DNA of 64,000 nucleotides from Eledone cirrhosa (Eukaryota): assembly GCA_964016885.1 (NCBI GenBank), contig OZ024740.1, forward strand, positions 410,688,001 through 410,752,000, written 5' to 3'. Below the pieces are notes generated by a model, which saw nothing but the letters and a program-made list of their open reading frames with translations, was not told where the DNA came from and ran no database searches. This document shows, in pieces, positions 27,997 to 41,800 of the stretch. Each line of letters opens with the position of its first letter. The first letter of the stretch is position 1. The translations under genes and the position numbers were made by a program.

Positions 27997-28978
27997 TGTG
28001 TGTATATATATATACATATATATATATATAGCGAGAGATTAGTTGGTAAGTAGTTAACAGGCTAGCTAGCTTGGTAGTTAGATAAATAGATGCATAGATA
28101 TATAGATTAGACAGATAGATAAAGAGACAAAGCTAGATAGAGAGAATCAGAGAATCGAGCAGAACGAGATAGTAAGTGAGTGGGAGGTGTGTGCGTGTGT
28201 ATGTGTGTGTGTGTGAGAGATAGAGAGAGGGGAGGGAGGGAGAGAGAGAAAGAGAGAAAAGGTAAGAATGAAGAATGAGTCGTAGAAATAAATCGATACT
28301 AGTTTTGAGAATTGCAGGGGAGTGTACACATGAAAATAAAGTAAAACCAGACTTTAAAAAATTATAGCATAACTATATATGAATAGAATAAACGAAAATT
28401 TCCATTGACGTAGTGATGTGAAATGAGAAAAATAAGTCTAGCGTTTGTTGCTGGAGAAGGAGGAGTTAGAGGCGGGTCATTGGTGGGTGGTGCAGCATTG
28501 GAACTACAGTTCTTGCTTCGCTTTTATTAACTGGACAGTGCATTCCATATATGGACATAGAGTTTGCAGAATGTAAGAAGGCAGAATAAGGTTATCGAAT
28601 AGCGCAGAGTGATGTTTAAGTTATCTTGTGACACATTGTGGTTATGTGGTTGCGTGTAACAGGTTACAGGTGTAGCAACTAGTTGGAATATATGTGGAAA
28701 GAAATAGGAAAGGAATGAAGGAAATAATAAGAATGTGAAAGAATCTAGTGAAACTGTGAAGAAATTTAAGTATAAAAAAGTGACGGCAGTTAGAATGTTA
28801 TAAAAACGGTGGGGTGGATGGGGTGGGTGAAGAAATGGAACTGTAGCGTTACAAGAGTATATAGTCGTAGAAATACAGGTATGAAAGTAAGAAAGGAAGG
28901 AAGGAAGGAAGAGGCTGAATGAAGAAATAGTAAAAAGAGAGAGAAGGGGGAAATCTACCACTGTCACGGTATATAAAA

Positions 28979-29167
28979 TAATTGTTTCTAATTTTGGCAC
29001 AAGGCCAGCAATAACCCAGTACATTACTGGTACTTTATTTTATCGACCCCGTAAGGATGAAAGGCAAAGTTAACCTCGACAGGATTAGAACTAAGACTGT
29101 AAAGAAACGTAACTATGCTAGAAAGCATAGCGTCCAGCCCTCTACCGATACTGCCAATTCACCGCCC
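28979..29167 (-). mobile_element. tRNA-derived SINE (family A)
   Basis: Full-length reverse copy. Confidence 0.85.
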
Positions 29168-29517
29168 TGGTATATAAAATAATGTTATCATGATGTAAGG
29201 AATGAAAAAATTTATTCACTTGAAAAAATATATATAAGTGAAAGAATGATGGAGGAAAAGTAATAAAGATAGTGATAAGTGAAAGAAATTAAGCAAGTAC
29301 TAATGTATAGAGTATCTCACTAATAACTGATTGAATGTTTGAAGGAATAAAATTATAAGAAAATGAAGACAAAAACTGAAACAGCAAATAATCTAAAGAA
29401 TTAAAGAAAAAAAAAAATAACCACTAAATAGAATATATATATATATATATATATATGAAAAAGTATGACCCCGATGGTAGAGCTCAAGCCGTTTCGACGG
29501 CTATTTCTGGACGTCCA

Positions 29518-29560
29518 GGGCTTCCTGATGATTTCTCACGAATGAAACAGTTCTAGTCCC
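29518..29560 (+). ncRNA. Degenerate type I hammerhead motif (family E tail)
   Basis: GGGCTTC-CTGATGA-tTTC tcac GAAt-GAAA-cagt-TC-TAGTCCC; the downstream tail recurs inverted at 59360-59455. Confidence 0.5.
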
Positions 29561-29806
29561 GTAGAAGCTCTTCTATATTAAATATTTTTACTCTACTATG
29601 TATTGAGTACCTTACTTACTGTGGTTACCTCCGATTAAACCCGGAATAACTTATATATATATTGTTTATATAATATCGTTTTCTTATGAGAAAACAGTGC
29701 AGGTGAAGAAATTATTACAGTTCAAAATATGAGATTTATTACAATAAACCACTCAGGAGGCTAAATACAATATATATATATATATACATACATATCTATC
29801 TATCTA

Positions 29807-29847
<41 letters not shown>

Positions 29848-29885
29848 TTGCGAGGTTTTTGATATGAAATCGTGTGTCGAAACAA

Positions 29886-30357
<472 letters not shown>

Positions 30358-30691
30358 CCGAGGGTCGGTATGCCTTAGCTGGGGCAGTGGGGTGAGCACT
30401 TGGCGTAAAAAATGGTTCAAGTAGGTTGTGTTTATCACCTCAGCCGGCCAAACTTACTCCCATGCCTCTCGGGCGCGGTACTGGCACCACTAAATTGGGT
30501 TGGGTGTGAAAGCGAGAGCTCAGTGCTATAACCAATGCAATGCTTGGATTGGACTGTTCTAAAGTCATATTCTTGCGGCTGGGTACCGCTAGCAAAAACC
30601 AATCACCCGAAGAAGCTCCAATTAACATACACCATGAATTCCTTCGAAAAGCCGGGTGAACGCTTTCGAAAAACAACTCGGGTCCGGCTAC

Positions 30692-31026
30692 GGTTCCGGA
30701 TTAGAGGAGTTCAGCCGTTATCGCTCAAAGGCAGCCTGGCATCACAGCTCTATCGAGCAAGCGCGCAAACTGTTGCTCTGATCTCGCGGTTACTCTCGTA
30801 CTGGACGGGATAGCCGTAGCCGAGTGGACGTTGCCGGGGGTGGCGGCGACTGCAAACTCTTCTAAAAGATGCTGCAGCCGCCACCGCCGCCGCCTACACG
30901 CAGGGCATCGGTAGGATAAAACTAACCTGTCTCACAACAGACTAAACCCAGCTCACGTTCCCTGTTAGTGGGTGAACAATCGAACGCTTTGCAAATTCTG
31001 CTTTGCAATGATAGGAAGAGCCGACA
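30692..31026 (-). pseudogene. Diverged 28S rRNA 3'-domain fragment
   Basis: AAAACTAACCTGTCTCAC..CTAAACCCAGCTCACGTTCCCT.TTAGTGGGTGAACAATC..CAATGATAGGAAGAGCCGACA is the antisense of the conserved LSU peptidyl-transferase region; CTCTCGTACT (sarcin-ricin loop AGTACGAGAG) at ~30793. Confidence 0.85.
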
Positions 31027-31092
31027 CAATACAAGTATATATATACAAGTATATATGTACATATATATATATATCTATATATATATATATAT

Positions 31093-32057
31093 ATGGTGGC
31101 TGCCAACTCGTTTTCGAGTACCGCCACTACTTTATATCCATGTAGGAAAATCCCTACCAATACGCTGAACGAGTGTGACTTTTTAGTCCAGCCAGCGACT
31201 TGAAAACTCTGGTACAAACACTACACTTGTGACAATTATTGACACATAGTGCTGAGCCCATGGTACCATGTGACGACAAGTGCAGAGAGATCTCCAGATA
31301 TAAAGCAATGCCTGTGCCGTGAAGCTTTTATAGTGAGCAAAGGCACTGCACAAAGCCAGTACCACTCTCTTAACCAAGATGATATTTACCAAAAAGAACA
31401 AGTCAACATCATTGGATATCATCAGGATTGCAGGTGTTATATCAGACCTATGTCAGGTCACCAGTTGGTGCTACTGGTAACATGTATCCCAGTACAACCT
31501 GTCTCATGGTCGGGTCGTTGGCGACTAAACTGGCAACCCCAAGGTTTCTTGGTGAGGAGGGTGACTTTGGACATCCTGCAGGACTAAAAACAAAACCTGT
31601 CAAAGGGCAAAGGAGCTCTTAAGAGTCAATGGCCATCCAAAATCACCGGCAGAGATGACCCCTTAGCCTTTGTCAAGGCAGAATTCTAGGAGAAGGAAAA
31701 CTCTGATATAACACCTGCAACCCTGATGGTATCCAATGATGTTGACTTGTTCTTCCTTTTGGTAAATATCATCTTGGTTAAGAGAGTGGGACTGGCTTTG
31801 TGCAGTGCCTTCGCTCACTATAAAAGCTTCACGGCACAGACATTGCTTTATATCTGGAGATCTCTCTGCACTTGTCATCACATCGTACCATGGGCCCAGC
31901 ACTATGTGTCAATAATTGTCACAAGCGTAGTGTTTGTACCAGAGTTTTCAAGTCGCTGGCTGGACTAAAAAGTCACACTCGTTCAGCGCATCGGTAGGGG
32001 TTCTCCTACATGGATATAAAGTAGTCGCCGTATTCGAAAACGAATTGGCAGCCACCA

Positions 32058-32060
<3 letters not shown>
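31093..32060. mobile_element. Family C full copy (31451-32060, +) with an inverted partial copy (31093-31446)
   Basis: ~350-bp inverted arms; both outer ends (GGCAGCCACCA) abut (TA)n. Confidence 0.85.
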
Positions 32061-32122
<62 letters not shown>

Positions 32123-32427
32123 ATGGAAACATTTGAACAGGGACAAAACAGAGAGGCAGTACAACAAATGTTTATTAATTTCACGCTCTGGAGAGTGGGG
32201 TGTTGGTGGGGGATATATATATATGAAAACAGGGAGAAAGAGACGATTATGAGGAAGAAAAATATTTGTTTTCCTTTTTTTTGTGTCTCTTTCTCTCTTT
32301 GTTTTACTTTGTGTGAAGTGATAAGGTATTAGTTGATTTATTTATTACTTAACAATGGCATTTATTTATCTATTTATATATTTAATTATTGTCTATTACC
32401 TATTTCTGCATTTATATGCATTATCAA

Positions 32428-32512
<85 letters not shown>

Positions 32513-32731
32513 CGTCTGTGTGCGTGTGTATGTGCGTGTGCGCGTGTGTGTGAGTGTGTGTGTAGGAAAGAAAACAAACATAGGGATACAAAATTACATG
32601 GTTATATTTGGTTCACGCTTGGAGAAAATATAGGGGGTTCGATGTTTCGGACAACACTCTTTCATCCGGAAAGTTCCGATGAGAGAACAGGTAGATGTAT
32701 GAAAGTAGTCTGTGAAAATTATATATATATA

Positions 32732-32875
32732 TAGAAGTAGTTCCACAACAGTTAGTTCACCATACAGAGAACAAATGTTTCACCTTATGCGGATCTTCAG
32801 CTGGGTCTGATGATCCGCATAAAGTGAAACATTTGTTTTCGATATGATTAACTAACTGTTGTGGGACTACTTCTA
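32732..32875. repeat. Palindrome of two head-to-head hammerhead cores
   Basis: Plus CTGATGA (32807)-tCCgcataaag-tGAAA-CATTTG-TT and minus CTGAAGA (32794-32800)-tCCgcataAGG-tGAAA-CATTTG-TT; arms extend ~65 bp. Confidence 0.7.
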
Positions 32876-33736
32876 CCAAACTCGTCCCATGGACTGAGTG
32901 CTCTACTACTACGGATATAACCCTCCAGTGTTCTACTATTATATATATATATATATATACATAATTACATACACTGAGATAGCTATTATCGATACTCCAA
33001 CTAATATATATATATATATATATACATGTGTGTGTATGCACGTGCATGTGTGTGTGTAGGCACGTGCATGTGCAGAAATGCACAAAGGAGTGGAAGATGC
33101 ATATACGGGATGCATATTTGTAAAAGGAAGCCATTTGTAAAGTTTTGGTGGAATAAAACGACCGAGCAATGTTTCGAAGGATGGCATCAATAGCCGATTT
33201 AAAGATCATTTGAGAGTTTGAGAGAAATTGTGAAATCGTGTTGAGCTAAATGTGTTTATAAATGAATGAATGCTGAAACCTGCATGCCAGAAGAGAATAA
33301 GCGAATAGTATAGAATAAAGAAAATAACGAATAAAAGGATTTAATATAGACAGAAAGAACTGGCAGAATGAAAGATAAAGAAACGGGTGAACAATAACAA
33401 GGAATGAAAATATGAAATGATATAGTATGTAAAGAAGCGAATGAATGAGGAATAAACAAATACACGATAAGAATAAATGAATATAGGAATGAGTAATATA
33501 ATGAATAACATTATTTATTACATAAAAGAATTGAGGAATAAGAGAAGGAATAAAGATTAAGATGAAAGACTATATGAGTTAATGGCTGAAAAAATAAAAG
33601 AAATAATTGTTTCTACGTTTGGCACAAGACCAGCAATATAACATGTATTAGAGCGCATATTAAACAAAACACAATAATAAAAATGTGGAAAATTGTTCAA
33701 AGTAATCTCATTGTATCTGCTAGTTGGGAGAAAATA

Positions 33737-33907
33737 ATATTTCTACTTTTGGCACAAGGCCAGCAATTACACTAGTGCATTACTGGTACTTTATTTTATC
33801 GACCCCGTTAGGATGAAAGGCAAAGATAACCTCAGCCGGATTTGAACTCAGATTGTAAAGGGCTGATGCATGTTGTCCGACTCTCTACCGATTCTGCCAA
33901 TCCACCA
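33737..33907 (-). mobile_element. tRNA-derived SINE (family A)
   Basis: Reverse copy with a small internal deletion; further fragments at ~33604 and ~34255. Confidence 0.8.
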
Positions 33908-34845
33908 ACCTTTAAAAGAAATAATAAAAGATGCAAAGAGGTAAATGACGGAATAATTTAAAGAAGAAATAAGAAGAAATGTTGGTTGATAAAACAGGAG
34001 AACAAAACAAACAAAAATGGTGATCAGGAAAATGAAAATGTAAGATAAGTACGGCAATAAAGAATAGAGGAAGAACGAGGGAAAACATTAGGAAATGTAG
34101 AAAGGTAGATGAGAAAATGAAGGAAAACCAAAGAAGGCAATGAATTATAGGTGAAGAAACAAGAACATTTAATGAAGACCAGCAGATGGAATAAACACAT
34201 ATGAATGAAGAAACAATAAGAAAGTCTAAGATACATGACCAAGGAATGTGAATGATGAACTCAGAACGTAAAGGGCCATAACTATGCTGCAAAGCATGGT
34301 GTCTGACGCTCTACAGATATTGCTAAACCACCGAATAATGAGACGTCGATGAAAAGGCAACAAAATGATGAATGAAAAAATTAAAGATTGAAGAAACAAA
34401 AATAAAGTGTCAATGGATGAAGGTCAGATGAAGATAGAACGAAATGGAGAGATATTGAAGAATGGATCATGAAAAAAATAGACTGAATGAAATGGACAAG
34501 TAGTAGTAAGAGAATGCATAATTAAGGAACAAACGATGGCAAAATATAGGAATAAAGGGAGAGAATCAAAGACAAATGATTGAAGAATTATATGAAAGAA
34601 CACAATGTTTTGATTGTACTTTTCTTTCGTTTGTTCACACGGGCGATGCTGTTCACTCTGCCGTCTCTAAGGGCTTATAAGACCAACATGTTCCACTAAT
34701 CTATGTTATAAAAACATTGAAACAGGTTATTTTAAGTAAAAATACTTTCAATATATATATATAAGCTTCAATGTAGGTTTTTATAATATAAAAATAGTCG
34801 AACATGCTGGATGTATAAGCACCGAGAGACGAGAGAAGTGGACAA

Positions 34846-34920
34846 CATCGCTCGTAGGAATCGAACTCACACCTGCTATATGCTGGACGGCTATGCGACT
34901 GTTACACTAAAGTGAGTCTG
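34846..34920 (-). mobile_element. tRNA-like SINE head
   Basis: Minus strand TAGTGTAACAG ... GAGTTCGATTCC (B box); no complete cloverleaf is evident. Confidence 0.4.
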
Positions 34921-35149
34921 GCAATTTACCAGTTTTTTTGAAGCGTTGTCTATCAGTTAGTAGGATGTAAATAAAGAATCAATCCTGTACAAGAAGCGTT
35001 GTTCAAAGTTTGAATTTTGAAAGTATGTTAGTTTAAGTGGTTCAACGTAAGAGTTTCCTTTCTACTAAGAAAGGTGTCGTATTATTCTTCAGTAACGGAG
35101 AAGCTATGAGACCCAGTGACTGTCCTATAATTTCTATATATGCTTTTGC

Positions 35150-35276
35150 ATATATGTGTATCTAAACTATAATGTGTATATATGTGTTTGTGTGTGTGTA
35201 TATGTGAGTATAGATGTATGAATGTTTATATATGAGTATGTGCACATGTAGGAAGAGTGTACATGTGCTCACACAA

Positions 35277-35316
<40 letters not shown>

Positions 35317-35382
35317 ATGTGTGTGTGTGTGTGTGTTGTATATGTATATATATATGTGTGTTTATGTATGTGTATATATATG

Positions 35383-35413
<31 letters not shown>

Positions 35414-35521
35414 GTATACATATATATGTGTATATATATGTATATATGTGTATATGTGTATGTATATATGTATGTATGTATGTGTGTGTCTATATGTATG
35501 TACATGTATATATGTATATAT

Positions 35522-35577
<56 letters not shown>

Positions 35578-35700
35578 ATATGTGTATGTATCTGTATATG
35601 TATATGTATATATGGTGGTATAGATGTGTATGTGTGGATATAGATATATATGGATATGTATATATATGATTATATGCATGCGTGTGGATGTGTATTTAGG
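35150..35700. repeat. Compound (TA)/(TG) microsatellite
   Basis: Direct inspection. Confidence 0.9.
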
Positions 35701-36647
35701 TTTGCATCTATTTGCACGTATGTATATTTTGGTTAGATATCAATATAACTGTACCTCTCTCTATATCTGGTGTGAATATATGCACTTTGTAGACTATGAA
35801 ATTTATGTGTTTTAACTATGCCAACATGTACTTATCTGAGTTTGATTGTTTATGCATAAACATACTTAGTAATATTTTAGAGCCTTTAATATGTTATATT
35901 ATACTGAGTGCAATTTACCACACCGTACTATATGCTGTTGGTTAAGTTGTATATTATCGCATTACTATATCACATTATCTTATAATTTTCATCTTTTAAT
36001 ATATCTTTCTTAGCCATAACATTAATTTATATTCACCTTAAAACTCAATACAACACTAATCACCATTTATTTTGACATTCCTTTTAAATTCACTATACAA
36101 GATACATTCAACTATCAGTTTGACAATCCCCTTCCTTCCTAATAGATTTTTATGCCATTTCTACTAACACCTTTCAACCATTCCTTTCACAGGGTCATGA
36201 CCTCAACTAAAGTGTATTACTTTTCATCTTAACACCATATGAAAAAAACAATTTGATTCGTTAGTTTTTCAACTACCTCCAAATATGGACATGATACTAA
36301 TTCTGAGTAAAATTATTATTGAATAACATTATTATTGCTTTTGAAAACAGCTGGTGATATGCATGTAAGTAAATATTCTCTCTATCTGATAGTTTGTAAA
36401 CTTACATAGATCAATAACTGAGTATAGCTACAATGTATTATCACCATCTAGAAACGACCGTAAAGCAGTGAAGTATATCTCTAATGACTTGATTTTTTAT
36501 TTCATTGTTTTAACTTATATCATGACTCTGTTTTCCTTTTAATGTTTTATTGTTTTCTGAGATTTATCTTAACCTACAACATTTTCAACATATGGATTAC
36601 ATTGAGTTCTTCATACAGAATAGACCCCACAACTTACAGTGGATACC

Positions 36648-36701
<54 letters not shown>

Positions 36702-36974
36702 TGTGTCTGGATATCTGTGTGCGCGCGTGTATAATGGTGTGTGGCTGAATTTCGGTTTTATTACTCACCTTTATGATTGTAAGTGACGTGCTGCTCTGAG
36801 GAGCATTGCTATACTACCTGTATAGAGTGGTAAGTATATTACATATCTCTTCTATTGATACATATTGATATATTTTGTTTGCATATCAATAAACTATAAA
36901 TTATGATGAGATATTGACATTCCTTGCTATTGATTGATAACGACAACCACAATATTAGTAAGAACAATAACAGA

Positions 36975-37292
36975 AGAAGCGGGAGGAGAGGAGGAGGGGG
37001 TGGTGAAAAGAAGGATGGGAGGGGGAGAAGGAAAGGAGAAGTAGTGGTAACAGTAGTAGTAGTAGAAGAAGAAGGAGGAGGAGAGGGAATAGAAGGAGGT
37101 GGATAAGAATTAGAAGAGAATGATGAGCAGGAGGAAGTGGATGATGATGAGGAGAAGAAGTAAAAGAGGAGGAGGATGGGAGGAGGAGTAGGAGGAGCAC
37201 GATGAGGAGGAGGAGGAGGATGGGAAGAGGAGGAGGAGAAGAAGAAGAAGAAGAAGAAGAAAAGGAAGGAGAGGAAGAAGAGGAAGGAGAGC
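36975..37292. repeat. Purine-rich GAG/GAA low-complexity tract
   Basis: Direct inspection. Confidence 0.85.
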
Positions 37293-38068
37293 TTCATACG
37301 TTAATTTATATTCTTTTAATAGGTAAGGAAGTATATTTCAAATATCTTTTCTTGTCTATATTTATTTGATTAATATTTATATTTATTATTATTAAAACAC
37401 AAAACTGATCTCCTCTGTTACATTCCAAAGAATAGTTTCTTTTTCATAAATATAATTTAATGGTAAGAAGTTCCATATAATGGATTATAATATAAAATGT
37501 TCTATTGTTTATATTTTAATTTTTCATCCTTCCGTAGGCATGGAAATTAATATTTTAACTTTTGTGCTGGAAGACGAGAGAAAGAGAGCGATAGCGAGGG
37601 AGGGAGAGTGGAGGGAGGGGGGATAGAGAAAGAAAGAAGTAGAGAGAGAGAGAAATAGAAAGAAAGAGAGGGAGAGAGAGAGAAACAGAGAGAGAGAGAG
37701 AGAGAGAGGGGAGGGAGAGATAAAGATAGATAGATAGATAGAGAGAGAGAGAAAGAGAGAGAGAGGGGCGGCAGAGAGAGAGTTATGTGACATATTAGTA
37801 AACTTAATATTAATTCTGCATGTAAAAAATATTGGTGCAATAATAATATTATATTTGAATCTCTTGTTATTCGGATGATCACTGCAGAGAAATTATTATA
37901 CTTCACAAATTTCAATTAATACACTAGCATTTCAATTTAAAACCATTTCAAAATCCGAATTTGCGTTGTAAAAGAAATAAAAGCAAATTTGACAACATAA
38001 AACTTTCAGCTCAAAATTACTATCGATGACCCAGGATAGGGAAAATCTAAACTGCTATGAATGTATAT

Positions 38069-38185
38069 ATAGGAAAAAAGTATGACCTCAACGGCAGAGC
38101 TCAAGCCGTTACGACGGCTATTTCTGGTCCAGAAATAGCCGTCGAAACGGCTTGAGCTCTGCCGTCGGTTCATACTTTTTCCTAT
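38069..38185. repeat. Palindromic head-to-head pair of family B 3' ends
   Basis: Same sequence family as 22526-22631, centred on TTTCTGGTCCAGAAA. Confidence 0.85.
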
Positions 38186-38253
38186 TACCCACTCTACTTC
38201 CTTCGTTATATATATATATATATATATATTTAATTTTGTATAATAATAATAAT

Positions 38254-38326
<73 letters not shown>

Positions 38327-38629
38327 AATATTATTATTATTATACAAAATTAAATTAGGGGTGTCATATCTGAGAGACATGCACCATATCCACTGTAGAA
38401 TATGCTCAAAGATTCCAATGAATAGATCCGAGCATTTTATATCATTGATTGACATATGTATATATATATATATATATATTGTTATACTTTGGGAGGGTCA
38501 TGTTGCCAATAAGAAACACACGCACCAGTTGCTTTCACTTCAATTTATTGTAATAAATTTATAAATTTAGGAATTTATAAATTTCCGGTTGGTTGGTTGG
38601 TTCCACAACCAGATGGTTGTTTATATATT

Positions 38630-38672
38630 GTCAAAGTTCTTTCGTCACACATTCTGTGACCTCTTCAGTGAC
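38630..38672 (-). ncRNA. Type I hammerhead ribozyme in the 3' region of the Naiad-like PLE
   Basis: GTCA-CTGAAGA-g-GTCAC agaatgt GTGAC-GAAA-GAAC-TT-TGAC: intact core, stems I and II paired. Confidence 0.75.
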
Positions 38673-38873
38673 TGGGGATTCTTTTCCTTGTTTTTGTGCC
38701 TCTCCTTTGTTCTGTCCTACGCCATTTTGTTTCTGTGTGTGTGTTGTGTGCTCAGTCTGCGCAGGCGCCACATCCGGGTGTCTGTGTGTGTTTATATTCG
38801 TTTATTTATTTGTTTATTTACATGTTACAGGTTGGATGTTTGTTCTATGTGCGTGTGTGCTTTCATTTTGTCC

Positions 38874-41800
38874 TTAATTGTAAGTTGTGATGTTGCTGTT
38901 CCACTCATGTTTTCTATTTAATTTTGGTTGTAATTCTTTTATGTTTATTGCCTCTGTGATTTGTCTAAACATTGCGTCTTTTCTGTGTGTAGATTCTATT
39001 TTTATTTCTATGTTCTCTAATTTACCCTTATGTTCTATTTTAGCATGTTGGTAGAGTACAGATGATTCTTTACTATCTTGAAGGTCTCGCCAGCGTTCAT
39101 TTATCCGTTCCCCTACACTACGAGCTGTCTCACCTATGTACACTATATTTTTGTCTCTACATTGTCCTTCAGTACATCTTATGCTATATACTACATTTCT
39201 AGTTTTACAGTTAATATGGAGGCTTAATTTACAGGTTATACATTTCTTATCTATACAGGGGGGTCTTTGAAAAGGGTATGTCTTGCTAATAAGTGTTTTT
39301 ACGGAGGTACCTGGTCTTTCTACTATCTTAATATTGAGTTTATGTTTATCTAGGGGGCCCTTCTAAATTTGTAAGCTAATTCACCTCTAGGGGTTGTATC
39401 GATGAATATTACACTCTGGTATTTATTGCTATCATACCATGAGTTTATTCTATTAACCTTATTCCTAGTTCTTTCTATTCTATTCCAAAATTTGCTCCTA
39501 TAGAAGGGGCAGGTCCCATTTGTGTCATTATTTACCATTTTTTTCCCATTTGGTTCTGGCTCCTCTATACACTCTGATTTTATCTCTCTGATTGTAACCG
39601 GAGAACTGCATACGGTGGATGAAGTGTTGTATGTGTCTCACTAGTTCTTCGGGGTTGCACATGCGGGACACATTTCTCATCACCCGTACCAAATCCGCAA
39701 TCAGTATGTTGATTTTGGTATGGTCCGAAACAGCTGAGTTTCTGTGGATCAGATATTTGGAAGTCATGGGTTTGGCATAATGGGAATGGAGGATTTGTTT
39801 TTTGTTATTAATGGTATCTAACCAGAGCTCTGTGTCTAGTACAGGTAATCGATGGTTGGGGTGTTTACTTGGCTAGTCTATAGTAACTCTAATACTCTGG
39901 TGGATGGAGTTAGCTATTTGCTGGATGCTTTCCATTGTGTTTTTCTCTAATCCCTGACTGTTCTCTAGTGGGGGTGTTTTAACTACGATGTTTATATCGT
40001 CAACGTAGCGGGAGTACATTATCAGGGTTAAGGGGTCTTCTATTTTTTCTTTAAGTTTAAGTTTAAGTCTACTGTCCCACCATACCATGAATAGGTTAGC
40101 TATGTCGCCTGCATTGCTAACACCAATGGCTGCTCCTTCCTCTTGGGCGTATGTTTTTCCATTAAATTTGAACATATGTTTCTTAAGGGTTAATTTTATG
40201 CTGGCCCCCACTGCATGTGCACTCATTTTCTTTAGTTCATCGTGGTTTTCGGGTGTCCGTATGGATCTGGTCCACCCGTTCCATCTATCTGTGTGGGCCT
40301 TCTTGTCCATTGAGGTAATGGTAGGTGGTCTGCCTCTTGCTGGTCTTGTAGGGCACAGTTTGCTAAGGTCATATTTGTCTAGGTAATTATTACTATAGGT
40401 AAGTTTAAGTAGGAGTCCCAGCTCACTGGTATCAATCCCACGGAACACAACATTGCTCTCACTGATCATTTCTACGCATTTCTCCACAGCAAAATCCTCG
40501 TAAACAGATGGATACAGGGACACAGCATCCATACTACCTATTATGCAGCTTGTTAGGTCCCTAGATCGGTTACTCTCGCCGATTCTGCTGAGGAAGTCCT
40601 CCATGCTGTCACATATATCTGAGGACATTTCAATGATGGGGCGTATGATCAGGGAGAGGAAGTAGGACAGTCTGTAGTTACTAGCAATGTTAGCTCCACA
40701 GACTGGCCGTGTTGGTGGTCCCGCGACAGGGTCACTGCCCGTTTTATGGTCTTTTCGAAGCCCATACAACGCCGGCACGTCATTGTCCCAGGCCTGGAAG
40801 TTGTTGGCAGTCCTTTTGTTGGGCTGCATTATATTCGTCCACATCACCAAATGGGCATCGAAAGCTTTTTCACTATCCTCATGCTCCTGTGGTGTTACTT
40901 CTCTTGTGTTAGTGATGTAGGGTTGCATTGCCTGGATGTTGTTTGGCAGGCTGTCAACCGACATTCTGCCAGACTTGTCTGTTGGAAAGCATGCTATCTC
41001 TCCATTACGCGAGCGCTGCATGAGCTTACGCAAGCCATTTGCAGATTTTTCTCCCAGTTGCTGGGTCTCCATTCTATTATGCTTCTTGCTATACTGTTCT
41101 ATAATATTTCTAAGTTCGGATCTAGCTATACTAAATTGTGCTTCTGTTTGTTCATCGACCTGCGACGGCAATTGCGTGCGTTTGTTAAATGGTAAAGTCG
41201 TGGCGTGGACTCGTCGCAGGTCGAACGACTTATCGGAGGGATTATAAAAAGTAGAGTTCCAGGCTGCTGCTTTATGTGTACTAGTGCTATTGTTATTGTT
41301 AGTTGTGTTGTTTCTATTTCTATTTCCACCAACAGCGTCATGGTTATTTCTATGTCTCTCATTATTCCTCCTCTCTCTTTCCATTGGCTCATTGTTATTA
41401 TCTACTCTATTTTGTGTGTCTGTGTGTTCGTCTTGGTTATTTTCTTTGTCCATAGTCTCCCTTCTCCTTTTAATCCTATTACCTTCCCTTATTTCTGTGC
41501 TACTGTCATTACTTGTTTTCTGTGTCTGTGTGTTTGTTAAGATTGTGGTGGTGGTGAGAGGCATTGAATGTGTGTGTTGTTGTTGTTGTTGTTGTTGTTG
41601 TTGATGTGTGCTGTTGTTGATGTGTGTTGTTGTTGTTGTCTCCGTGTGTGTTATTATTGTTGTGTGTGTTGTTATTGTTGTTTGTGTCTGCGTGTCTGTT
41701 GTTGTTGTTTCTGAGTATGTTATTATTGTTGATGTGTGTGTTGTTGTTATTGTTGTTTGTGTCTGTGTGTCTGTTGTTGTTGGGATGTGTGTTGTATATG

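Noticed and set aside
35214-35815. Tyr/Ile/Cys/Val-rich ORFs here and throughout the window
   Set aside because: Translations of TA/TG/CA microsatellites.
39873-39875. Programmed readthrough or selenocysteine in the Naiad-like ORF
   Set aside because: The stop is TAG, not TGA, and the copy has several other disabling frameshifts.
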